Positions 14,592 through 22,017 of a stretch of 24,000 nt of DNA are shown piece after piece. A program made the position numbers and the translations under genes. The stretch is from contig JBLNGH010000339.1 of the NCBI GenBank assembly GCA_050264575.1, positions 875 to 24,874 of the forward strand, given 5' to 3'. Source of the stretch: Acidobacteriota bacterium. Lineage in GTDB: Bacteria; Acidobacteriota; Vicinamibacteria; Vicinamibacterales; SCN-69-37. Position 1 is the first letter of the stretch, and each line of letters starts with the position of its first letter. The notes under the pieces were generated by a model. That model had not been told where the DNA came from. It saw only the letters and a list, made by a program, of their open reading frames with translations, and ran no database searches.

Positions 14592-15722
14592 ATGAAAAGA
14601 CTCTCAATCTCTCTCGTCACCGTACTCGGAGTCATTCTGGCTACCGGGTCCGCTTTCGCGCAGACCGCCGGCACCGTCAAAGTGACCGCGCCGCGCGCGA
14701 ACGTGCGATCGGGGCCGAATCAGAAGAGCCCAATCCTTGCCCGGGTGAGCGTCGGTACCACCTTCAGACTGCAAGCTGTCGAGGGCGAGTGGTACCGGGT
14801 CCAGCTGCCCGCGTCGTCTCGGGCAGCCAAGACCCGAAAGACCGCGTTCATTTCGCGGAAGGTTTCGTCGGTCGTCACGCCGCCCGCGCCCGCGGTTTCG
14901 TCCGCGCAGCCGGTTTCACGGCCGCCGGCCGCCTCGCGCACAGCGGCCTATTCACCGGCGCCGGCTGTTTCTCCCGCGACTGCCATTCCCGCTGAGCCAA
15001 CACCGCTGCCTCCACCGCCGGTGGCGGAGTCGCTGGCACCGGCGATGCGGGGGACGCCTCTGCCATCGCCGCCGCTGGCGCCGCTGCTCAAGGCGACCTC
15101 GGCTCCGCTCGCTCCGGTCAGCCGCGACGGCATGTCGGTCGCGTTGCAGACCGGAGGCGGATCGACGTGGATGCCATCCTCGTCCGCGCGTGTGTCGAAG
15201 ATGCTCGAGAAGGTTGGTTCGGTGCCGGAATTCGCCAAAACGCTTCCTGCCGGCGAAGGGTCCGGTGCCGCAGCGACGGGGACGACGCCGATCACCTATG
15301 TCTGGACGGTCGATGGGAACACCTCGAGGCTCGTGGATGAGGCCCGGCCGACCTTCGTGGTCCAGTACAAGGATGTGCCGGGCGTGAGCCCCGACGAGGT
15401 CATTCCCGTCATCGTCCGGCTGACCCCGACCGCAGCGGGCGAGCGCTTCGTTGGAGCGGCCAAGGGACGGGCGGACGAAGCGGTCCGGCCCGGCGCGGAA
15501 TGGGACATCTTCCGCGAATGGAAGCAGGAAATCGTCAAGACTGAGTTTGAAAAGGTCGGCCGGGGCGCCGCGAAGGTTCGTCCAGCGAGCGATCTCAAGC
15601 CCGGCGACTACGCCGTGGTCCTTCGGATGAGGGACCGCAAGAAGCTGCCGGGCGCGACGGTGCTCTCCCCGTCGGGCGAAGGAAAACTCTACACGTCGGT
15701 CTGGCCGTTCACGGTCAGGTGA
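14592..15722 (+). CDS. Secreted protein: signal peptide, bacterial SH3 domain, Pro/Ala/Ser-rich linker, and an uncharacterised C-terminal domain (paralog 2)
   Basis: The signal peptide is MKRLSISLVTVLGVILATGSAFAQT. The SH3-like block is VKVTAPRANVRSGPNQKSPILARVSVGTTFRLQAVEGEWYRVQLP. The C-terminal blocks PTFVVQY, LKPGDYAVVLRM and SVWPFTVR match paralog 1. An AGAGAG purine run precedes the ATG. Confidence 0.75.
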   Translation: MKRLSISLVTVLGVILATGSAFAQTAGTVKVTAPRANVRSGPNQKSPILARVSVGTTFRLQAVEGEWYRVQLPASSRAAKTRKTAFISRKVSSVVTPPAPAVSSAQPVSRPPAASRTAAYSPAPAVSPATAIPAEPTPLPPPPVAESLAPAMRGTPLPSPPLAPLLKATSAPLAPVSRDGMSVALQTGGGSTWMPSSSARVSKMLEKVGSVPEFAKTLPAGEGSGAAATGTTPITYVWTVDGNTSRLVDEARPTFVVQYKDVPGVSPDEVIPVIVRLTPTAAGERFVGAAKGRADEAVRPGAEWDIFREWKQEIVKTEFEKVGRGAAKVRPASDLKPGDYAVVLRMRDRKKLPGATVLSPSGEGKLYTSVWPFTVR

Positions 15723-15734
15723 GGCGGGGAGCCC

Positions 15735-15754
15735 GGAGCCGCGGAGCCGCGGAG
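15735..15754. repeat. Tandem 8-nt repeat GGAGCCGC x2.5 occupying the 33-nt gap between convergent genes
   Basis: Read directly: GGAGCCGC GGAGCCGC GGAG. It contains two CCGCGG palindromes. Confidence 0.6.
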
Positions 15755-15755
15755 A

Positions 15756-16415
15756 CTAGGGGGCCAAAACATCCGCGAACACAAACCCTTCGCGCTCGAC
15801 GATGACGCCGGGTTCGATCGCGATGGGATGACCGAACATCGGTCCGGAAAAACAGAAGGTATGAAACTCGCCGCGCTCGCCGCACGGGTCAACACCCGGC
15901 GGCAGCTCGGCGAGGAGTGACGAATCGAAGCGGCGCCCGGCGAACCGGCGATCGAGCTGCCGCGGATCCACGCAGGTGAGAACCGCGCCCAGCCCGGACG
16001 CAAGCATCTCACGCGCGAGCGCATCCGTCGGCCGTTTCCAGAGCGGAAAGATCGGATCGAGTCCGGTGCCCGCCAGCCGCGATTCGCGGTACTGCCGGAC
16101 GTCTTCGAGAAAGAGATCGCCGAACGCGACGTGCGTCAATCCTTCCAATCGCGCGCGCGCCATCGCATCACGCATCCGCGCCTCGTAAATGTCGTTCGGA
16201 CAGGGCGATGGAATCGGTACATTCCAGAGCGGCAGGCCGGCCGCCTCCGCTTGCGCTTCGACAAGCGTTCGCCGGACTGCGTGCATCGCCACGCGATCCG
16301 CCTCCGCGTTGAACGTGGTCAGCAACGCGTGCACCTGCACGGCCGGATCCTGCCGGAGCACATGCAGGGCCCAGGCGGAATCCTTGCCTGACGACCACGA
16401 CAGCAGCACTTTCAT
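15756..16415 (-). CDS. Dph6-related / MJ0570-like PP-loop ATP pyrophosphatase (adenine nucleotide alpha-hydrolase superfamily, ATP_bind_4 type)
   Basis: The N-terminus MKVLLSWSSGKDSAWAL carries the SxGKDS PP-loop. Also present are FGDLFLEDVRQYRE, PLWKR and CGERGEFHTF. The ATG overlaps the upstream stop (ATGA at 16412-16415). Confidence 0.7.
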   Translation of the reverse strand: MKVLLSWSSGKDSAWALHVLRQDPAVQVHALLTTFNAEADRVAMHAVRRTLVEAQAEAAGLPLWNVPIPSPCPNDIYEARMRDAMARARLEGLTHVAFGDLFLEDVRQYRESRLAGTGLDPIFPLWKRPTDALAREMLASGLGAVLTCVDPRQLDRRFAGRRFDSSLLAELPPGVDPCGERGEFHTFCFSGPMFGHPIAIEPGVIVEREGFVFADVLAP

Positions 16416-17443
16416 TGAGTCGTGGCCCGCTGAAGCGGCTGCGGCGCGAAGGCGGCTGGATGCAGCACGCGCGCCAGCCGCCGGATCGCCTCTGCGACGC
16501 GGGGGCCGGGAATCGACATGAGATCGTCGGCGAGGATGTAGATGCGTCCCGTGCGGACGGCGGGAAGCGACGGAAGCGCCTTCCAGACGCCGCGCTCGCG
16601 TTCAATCTTCTCCGGCGTCCACCCTGCGCTGGCATAGACCTCGATAATCACCTCGGGTGCGCGGGCGAGCACGGTCTCCGCCGACAGCTGCAGGCTCTGG
16701 CGCTTGAGGTCCGCAAACGCGTCCATTCCGCCCGCGGCTTCCAACATGTCGTGCATGAACCCGACGCCGGCGCTGGCGTACATGCTCCGGAGAGTGCCGG
16801 CTTCACGGCCGAAGAGCAACGCCGTTTTCGGTCGTGGTCTTCCCGATACCCGCGTCCGGATGTCCGCGATGTCGCGCTCGATCTCCGACGCGATCCGGTC
16901 CGCCTCCGGCGAGCGGCCGACGCGTTCTCCAAGCTTTCGAATCGTCATCGTGATGTCCGGGAGGCCGGCGTGCTGGTACTCGAACCGCGGAATTCCTGCG
17001 CGATCGAGTCGCGCGATCAGCTCCTGCTGGGTGCCGTAGACGACGACGAGATCGGGTTTGAGCGCGAAGATCCGCTCGACATTCGGATCGAGCAGCGCGC
17101 CGACGCGCTCGCGCGACGCCACCGCCGCCGGGTACGTGTCGTAACTCGACACGCCGACGACCTGGTCTCCCGCGCCGATGGCAAACAACATCTCGGTGAC
17201 GGCGGGAATGACGGAGATGATGCGGCGAGGACGCTGAAGAAGGACGCTTGTCGGTACGACGGGTACAGCAGGTACGACAGGTACGTCGGGTCCCTGGAAC
17301 GATCTGACGCTGGCCATCTTTCCTTTACTAAGGAAGCTGGCGAGCGTCAGGCTCCTTGGACCTGACGTACCCGGCGTACCTGATGTGCCTGACGTACCGA
17401 CGCCGAGCGACGCGATCAGCGCGAGCGAAGCGAGGAGTTTCAT
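16412..17443 (-). CDS. ABC-transporter periplasmic substrate-binding protein, BtuF/FhuD-like (cobalamin / Fe3+-siderophore family)
   Basis: The start is set at the internal Met (MKLLASLALIASLG signal peptide), whose ATG overlaps the permease stop (ATGA at 17440-17443). The mature part, RIISVIPAVTEMLFAIGAGDQVVGVSSYDTYP ... LKPDLVVVYG, is typical of Peripla_BP_2. The 149 aa upstream in the track ORF overlap the permease gene and are Arg-rich shadow sequence. Confidence 0.8.
   Translation of the reverse strand: MKLLASLALIASLGVGTSGTSGTPGTSGPRSLTLASFLSKGKMASVRSFQGPDVPVVPAVPVVPTSVLLQRPRRIISVIPAVTEMLFAIGAGDQVVGVSSYDTYPAAVASRERVGALLDPNVERIFALKPDLVVVYGTQQELIARLDRAGIPRFEYQHAGLPDITMTIRKLGERVGRSPEADRIASEIERDIADIRTRVSGRPRPKTALLFGREAGTLRSMYASAGVGFMHDMLEAAGGMDAFADLKRQSLQLSAETVLARAPEVIIEVYASAGWTPEKIERERGVWKALPSLPAVRTGRIYILADDLMSIPGPRVAEAIRRLARVLHPAAFAPQPLQRATTQ
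17250..17401. repeat. Inverted pair of 44-nt arrays with 9-nt period (GTACCNNNN x4), arms 17250-17293 and 17358-17401 with a 64-nt spacer, lying in-frame inside the BtuF-like CDS
   Basis: Arm A is GTCGGTACGACGGGTACAGCAGGTACGACAGGTACGTCGGGTCC. The reverse complement of arm B is GTCGGTACGTCAGGCACATCAGGTACGCCGGGTACGTCAGGTCC, which matches 37/44. The arms encode GTSGTSGTPGTSGP and GPDVPVVPAVPVVPT between the signal peptide and the mature domain. Confidence 0.8.
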
Positions 17444-18447
17444 CGTTTCCCGATTAAAAACCAGAGCACGAACGGCCCGCCGATGACCGCCGTCACCACG
17501 CCGACCGGCAGCTCGACGGGCGCGAGGATCGTACGCGCGAAGACGTCGCAGACGACCAGAAATGCCGCGCCGAAGAAAGTGGACGCCGGAAGGACCAGCC
17601 GGTGATCGGCGCCCACCACCAGCCGGACCAGGTGCGGGACGATGATGCCGACGAAGCCGATGGGGCCGCCGACGGACACGGCCGCGCCTGTCGCAAGCGA
17701 CCCGCCGAAGAACGCCATCCGCTGAGCGCGCCCGACGTCGACGCCGCGCGAGCTCGCCGCGTCGGTGCCGAGCGTGAGCAGATTGAGCGGACGGGCGAGC
17801 CGCGCGAACAGGCCGAATGCGACGACCACGAGCGGAAGGGCGGAGAAGATCGGCCGGTAGCTGACGACGTCGAGATCGCCCATCAGCCATCGCAGCGCGC
17901 GAAAGATTTGCGCGAAGTCGCTCAGGTACTGGACGAAGAGAATGAGCGCCGAGAAGAACGCGTTGAGCGTGACACCCGCGAGCAGAAGGACCGTGGAGGA
18001 CAGCCCCTGGTGACGCGCGGTCGCCAGAAAGTACACGACCATCACGGCGACGAACGCGCCCATCAGGCTGGCGGCTTCGACGCTTCCGAGCGGCCAGGCG
18101 GCACCGAAGGTGATCGTCACCATCGCGCCCAGCGCGGCGCCCGACGAGACGCCGAGCGTGTACGGCGTGGCCAGCGGATTGCGAAGCAGGCCCTGAAAGA
18201 CGACGCCGGCCGCGGCCAGCGTTCCGCCGACGAGCGCCGCCGCCAGCGCGCGCGGCAGCCGCGCGACGAAAAAAATCTGCGCGTCGACGTTGTCGGTAAA
18301 CGCGACGGACGGGTTGAAGACCTGTCGGAAATGGATGGGCGTCGATCCGATAAACGGCGCGATGAGGACCGCGGCGATCATCGCCACGAAGCAGACCGCG
18401 ACGATCGGGAGGCCGCGTCGCAGGGGTAAGACGACCTCGGGTGTCAT
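17440..18447 (-). CDS. ABC-transporter permease, FecCD/BtuC family
   Basis: The protein is polytopic and has FecCD-type sequence ([44 protein letters not shown] ... [16 protein letters not shown]). The start is set at Met17 of the track ORF (18447), whose ATG overlaps the ATPase stop (ATGA). Confidence 0.85.
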   Translation of the reverse strand: [335 protein letters not shown]

Positions 18448-19271
18448 GTCCTGCTGCGATCGTCCGCGGAAATGACCCCCGAGGTCTTGTCCCACGAAAT
18501 GAAGCCCGAGGTCATCAGCATCTCCGCGTCCAGGTCGTACAGGGCGGCGATCTGCGACGCGGTCAGCACGTTGGCGGGAGCGCCATCGCTCAGGACGCGT
18601 CCTTTGGAGAGAAGGATCACTCGCGTACAGACCGATGCCGCGAAGCGCAGGTCGTGCGTCGTGAGCACGATCGTGACGTGCCGGCGATCGTGCAGCCGCC
18701 GCAGGAGCGCCGCGACTTCGAGCTGGTAGCGGAGGTCGAGCGAGGCGGTCGGCTCGTCGAGCAGCAGGAGCGGGGGCGCGACGGCGTCCCGTCCGTCCTC
18801 CAGCTGCGCGAGCGCCGACGCAATCATCACGCGCTGCTTCTCGCCGCCGCTGAGCGTGCGAAACGGCCGGCGGGCAAGCTCCGCCGTTCCCGTGGCCTCG
18901 AGCGCCGACATCGCCGCCCCGAAGTCGTCCGGACCCTCGACTTCGAACACACCGAGATGCGGGTATCGTCCCATGAGGACGATTTCGATCACGCTGTAAT
19001 CGAACGCGAGCACAGTCTCCTGGGGGACGACGGCGAGTCTGCGCGCGAGAACGCGGCGGGGTACGGTCTCGATTGGTACGCCGCCCAGGCGGACGTGCCC
19101 GGACGTTGGCCGCAGCGCCCGCGCGATCAGGCGCAGAATCGTGGTCTTGCCCGAGCCGTTCGGGCCGAGGATGCCGACGAGGCCGCGCTCCTCGATCCCG
19201 AACGAGACGTCATCGATGATCTGCGGACCGCCGCGGTACGCAAACCGGAGGTTAGCGGCTTCCAGTAACAC
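18444..19271 (-). CDS. ABC-transporter ATP-binding protein (FecE/BtuD-like)
   Basis: Walker A is GPNGSGKTT, the signature is LSGGEKQRV, Walker B is LLLLDEPT, and the H-loop is TTHDL. Confidence 0.9.
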   Translation of the reverse strand: MLLEAANLRFAYRGGPQIIDDVSFGIEERGLVGILGPNGSGKTTILRLIARALRPTSGHVRLGGVPIETVPRRVLARRLAVVPQETVLAFDYSVIEIVLMGRYPHLGVFEVEGPDDFGAAMSALEATGTAELARRPFRTLSGGEKQRVMIASALAQLEDGRDAVAPPLLLLDEPTASLDLRYQLEVAALLRRLHDRRHVTIVLTTHDLRFAASVCTRVILLSKGRVLSDGAPANVLTASQIAALYDLDAEMLMTSGFISWDKTSGVISADDRSRT

Positions 19272-21597
19272 GGACCCCCACGAGGCCGGAGCGGCCGAGC
19301 GCCGGAAAACCGAACACCTCTTCGTACGCGCGATCGAACAGGTTCGTCACCCGTCCGAACACCTCGACGCTGCGGCCGACGCGGAACGCGGCTCCGATCG
19401 TGACCGTCGTATAGCCGGGGTTCTCGAACACCTGATCGGCGAAGCTCGGCTCGAGATCCTGCGTGTGGCTGCGGCCGTTGACGAGGGCGAATGCCGACGC
19501 ACGGCCCTGCGTCCAACCGAACTCGACAGACACCTGATGGCCAGGACGTCGAATCAGCGGATCGCCGACGTGAAACGGGTTCGGCGCCTCCGTTTGGGCG
19601 CCATCGACACCCAGGATCTCGGTGTTGAGCCAGGTCCACGCGGAACGGATCGAGACGGCCGCGGAGGGACGCCACGTCAGGCCTGTTTCGAGTCCCCACG
19701 CGCGCGCGTTCGCGATGTTGTCGCTGCGATAACGGCTGGCGCCCGAGAAGGACGAGCCAACCGTCACAATCAGATCGTCGTACCAGTTGGCGAACGCCGT
19801 GGCGTCGAGACTGATCGTCGATGCCGCAAAGGCCTGTTCGATGCCTGCATCAAAGCTGCGGCTCCGTTCCGGCTTCAGCCCGGGATTATCGGTAAACCCG
19901 ATTTCGAACGCGGTTGGCGGCTTGATGCCCGTGCCGGCTCCGGCACGCACCTTCGTCCACGTACCGTTTTCAGCCAGCTTGACGAACCAGGCCGCCGAGA
20001 CCTTCGGATTCACAGACCAGACAACGTCGGTGTCGAGGGCCGGCCGAGGCGTGAACGCGAACGGATCGGCCTCGAGTGCCGCGCGCTCGATGCGTTCGAC
20101 GCGCGCGCCGGCGTTCACGAACCCACGCCGGCCTCCGACGGGCCGCGCCTCGATAAACCAGCCGTTGATTGAACGTTTGACGGGAATCTGCTTCGCGTCC
20201 TCGCCAGTGATGAACGTGTTGTCTGCACGTTCACGCACGAATTCCCATCCGGCCGAGAGATCGACCCGGCCTGCGGAGGCGTCCAGTTGATAGCGACCGG
20301 TCACGCGTGACGTCCGATCGTCCGATCCGCCGAAGGGGCTCGTGAAATCGTTCTCAGCGCCGCTCCACGTGACGTGCCCGCGATGCGTGATCTTCGCGGT
20401 CCGAAACGTGCCCATGCCCGCGGCAGAACTGAACTGCGTGACGCCGCGCGAGATCAGATCGATACCCTCGTAGCGATCGAGCGGATCCGATCCGTAGGGT
20501 CCCGGAAACCCGCGTTCCGAACGGCCGGAGCGGACATCGATCCGAACCTGGCGTCCGGGATTGTCCGACCAGCCAAGGCTGCCCGCACCGCTCGCGCGCT
20601 GGTACTCGTCGTTGGCGACTGGACCGCCGCTGCCCGGAAACACCCGCGAGTCGCCGTCCGTGGAGAGGCCGTCGAACGACAAGCCCCATCGCCAGGCATT
20701 CCGGCTGCCGGCCGTGGAGGCGGTTGCTCGATATGTCCCGTTGCTGCCCGTCTCGAACGAGCCGCTTGCACGCGTCGGCCGGCCGTGCTGGGTGATCACG
20801 TGGACAATCGCGCCGATCGCGCCGCCGCCATACAGCGCGCTCTGCGGTCCGCGCACGACCTCGACGCGTTCGATCTCGCCGGTCCCGAACTGGCCGAAAT
20901 CGACGAATCCACCGAACGCATTCTGCGGCACCCCGTCGATCAGCACGAGCGTGTAGTCCGATTCGCCGCCGCGCGGGAAGACCGACGTCACGGCGCCGCG
21001 GCCTCCGGACGCGACGACGGCAAGGCCGGGTACCTGGCGCAGAACGTCGGGAAGCGACTCGATCTGTTGGGCGTCGATCTTGGCGCGCGTGATGACCGAG
21101 ACGCTGTCCGTGACCCGTGTCAGCGGCTGTTCGACCTGCGAGGCCGACACAACGATCGATTCGTGGACGGCGCTAGGCGCCACGGTCAGGTCGATCTCGA
21201 TGGTGTCCCCGGTCTTCATCGTGAACGGTTTCGGCGCGCTTCGCAGTCCCGGCGCGGACGCGACGATCTCGTAGTCGCCCGCGGGGACGTCGATCGGCCC
21301 GAACTGCCCGTTGGCAAGCGTACGGGTCGAGGTGATCACGGTATTCCGCCGCAGCACCAGCACGTCGGCGGCCGCGACGGGCCGCGCGTGCGCGTCGATC
21401 ACGCGTCCGCGCAGCGATTCGGCCGCGGCCGTCGCCGCTGTGGCGAGCGGCATGACGGTCACGAGAATACTGAGAAAAAGACCGCGAAGCCCGCGACGTG
21501 AGGAGCGGCGCTGAGCGGGCGAGTGGGGCTTTGGCCCCACGAGCGAGTAAAGGAGAGATGGAAGCGACGGGCCGGAACGGCCCAGCGTGCGGGGCAT
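19252..21597 (-). CDS. TonB-dependent outer-membrane receptor with N-terminal CarboxypepD_reg-like domain (BtuB-like by context)
   Basis: A signal-peptide-like N-terminus is followed by LRGRVIDAHARPVAAADVLV...NGQFGPIDVPAGDYEIVASAPG (carboxypeptidase regulatory fold). The plug reads VSVITRAKIDAQQIESLPDVLRQVPGLAVV...VFPRGGESDYTLVLIDGVP. A long beta-barrel region follows. GAGGAGG lies 6 nt upstream of the ATG, and the gene is directly downstream of a cobalamin riboswitch. Confidence 0.85.
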   Translation of the reverse strand: MPRTLGRSGPSLPSLLYSLVGPKPHSPAQRRSSRRGLRGLFLSILVTVMPLATAATAAAESLRGRVIDAHARPVAAADVLVLRRNTVITSTRTLANGQFGPIDVPAGDYEIVASAPGLRSAPKPFTMKTGDTIEIDLTVAPSAVHESIVVSASQVEQPLTRVTDSVSVITRAKIDAQQIESLPDVLRQVPGLAVVASGGRGAVTSVFPRGGESDYTLVLIDGVPQNAFGGFVDFGQFGTGEIERVEVVRGPQSALYGGGAIGAIVHVITQHGRPTRASGSFETGSNGTYRATASTAGSRNAWRWGLSFDGLSTDGDSRVFPGSGGPVANDEYQRASGAGSLGWSDNPGRQVRIDVRSGRSERGFPGPYGSDPLDRYEGIDLISRGVTQFSSAAGMGTFRTAKITHRGHVTWSGAENDFTSPFGGSDDRTSRVTGRYQLDASAGRVDLSAGWEFVRERADNTFITGEDAKQIPVKRSINGWFIEARPVGGRRGFVNAGARVERIERAALEADPFAFTPRPALDTDVVWSVNPKVSAAWFVKLAENGTWTKVRAGAGTGIKPPTAFEIGFTDNPGLKPERSRSFDAGIEQAFAASTISLDATAFANWYDDLIVTVGSSFSGASRYRSDNIANARAWGLETGLTWRPSAAVSIRSAWTWLNTEILGVDGAQTEAPNPFHVGDPLIRRPGHQVSVEFGWTQGRASAFALVNGRSHTQDLEPSFADQVFENPGYTTVTIGAAFRVGRSVEVFGRVTNLFDRAYEEVFGFPALGRSGLVGVRVTGSR

Positions 21598-21659
21598 CGG
21601 GACCTCCTCGGCGTGTCTGCGCGCCGATCCGCGCTGAGTGATTCAGCGTCGGGTGAAGG

Positions 21660-21945
21660 ACGGCCCGGTGACCAGGTATCCTGACTCGCGAATCATCGCC
21701 GGCATCCGCGTCTTCCCACGCCGTGGAAGTCCCACGCGCGCAGTGACGGCCGGGGAATCGATCTATCGATTCATCGATCTATCGATCTATTGAAAATCAC
21801 TTGTCCTGGCACGCAAGGTCTTCAAAAGATCGATAGATCGATAATCCGGTAGATCGATTCACCCAGTCATTTTGGGACGCCGACTCCTCGCTGACAGTGG
21901 CGGCACCGTGTGGGATTTGCACCCACTTCCCTTGCCGCCGGGCGA
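21660..21945 (-). promoter_or_regulatory. Cobalamin (AdoCbl-type) riboswitch in the 5' leader of the TonB-receptor/ABC operon
   Basis: On the minus strand, AAGGGAAGTGGGTGCAAATCCCACACGGTGCCGCCACTGTCAG (plus 21891-21933) matches the GGGAA...GGTG.AAATCC...CCGCCACTGT core. GGCCGTCACTGCGCGCGTGGGACTTCCACGGCGTGGGAAGAC lies downstream and resembles the GCCACTG...GGGAAG element. The B12 box AGTCAGGATACCTGG is at plus 21672-21686. GCCCGG (21938-21943) can pair with CCGGGC (21662-21667) as a closing helix. A candidate -10 box TATACT is at plus 21965-21970. Confidence 0.8.
21752..21864. repeat. 113-nt near-perfect palindrome built from ATCGAT-containing 8-nt units (ATCGATCT / ATCGATAG), embedded in the riboswitch between the core and the B12 box
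   Basis: The plus strand reads GGGGAATCGATCTATCGATTCATCGATCTATCGATCTATTGAA, then a 25-nt loop, then TTCAAAAGATCGATAGATCGATAATCCGGTAGATCGATTCACCC. The arms are complementary except for one 7-nt internal patch, one mismatch and one bulge. Confidence 0.85.
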
Positions 21946-22017
21946 ACGTCGGTTGTCTGGCCGGAGTATAGCATGTCAAAATGAGCCGACAGTTCGACTC
22001 GAGCCCCACGGAGGAGC

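Noticed and set aside
17444-17890. N-terminal 149 aa of the 492-aa track ORF (16412..17890)
   Set aside because: This stretch overlaps the FecCD permease gene in another frame and is Arg-rich. The internal Met gives a proper signal peptide and an ATGA coupling to the permease stop.
19252-19271. Possible frameshift at the TonB-dependent receptor C-terminus (ends ..VRVTGSR rather than with an aromatic residue)
   Set aside because: The ORF is continuous with good barrel-like sequence to the end, and the 20-nt overlap with the ATPase start is plausible. I cannot demonstrate a frameshift from the sequence alone.
21731-21751. Second GCC(GT)CACTG motif as evidence for a tandem (double) cobalamin riboswitch
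   Set aside because: No second GGGAA...GGTG...AAATCC core precedes it. A GCCACTG..GGGAAG element downstream of the core is part of single cobalamin riboswitches as I recall them from the E. coli btuB and Thermoanaerobacter examples. One aptamer explains everything.
21856-21868. GGGTGAATC (minus strand) as the riboswitch GGTG..AATCC motif
   Set aside because: It pairs with GATTCCCC on the other side and forms the base of the 113-nt palindrome. The true motif is GGGTGCAAATCCC at 21914-21926.
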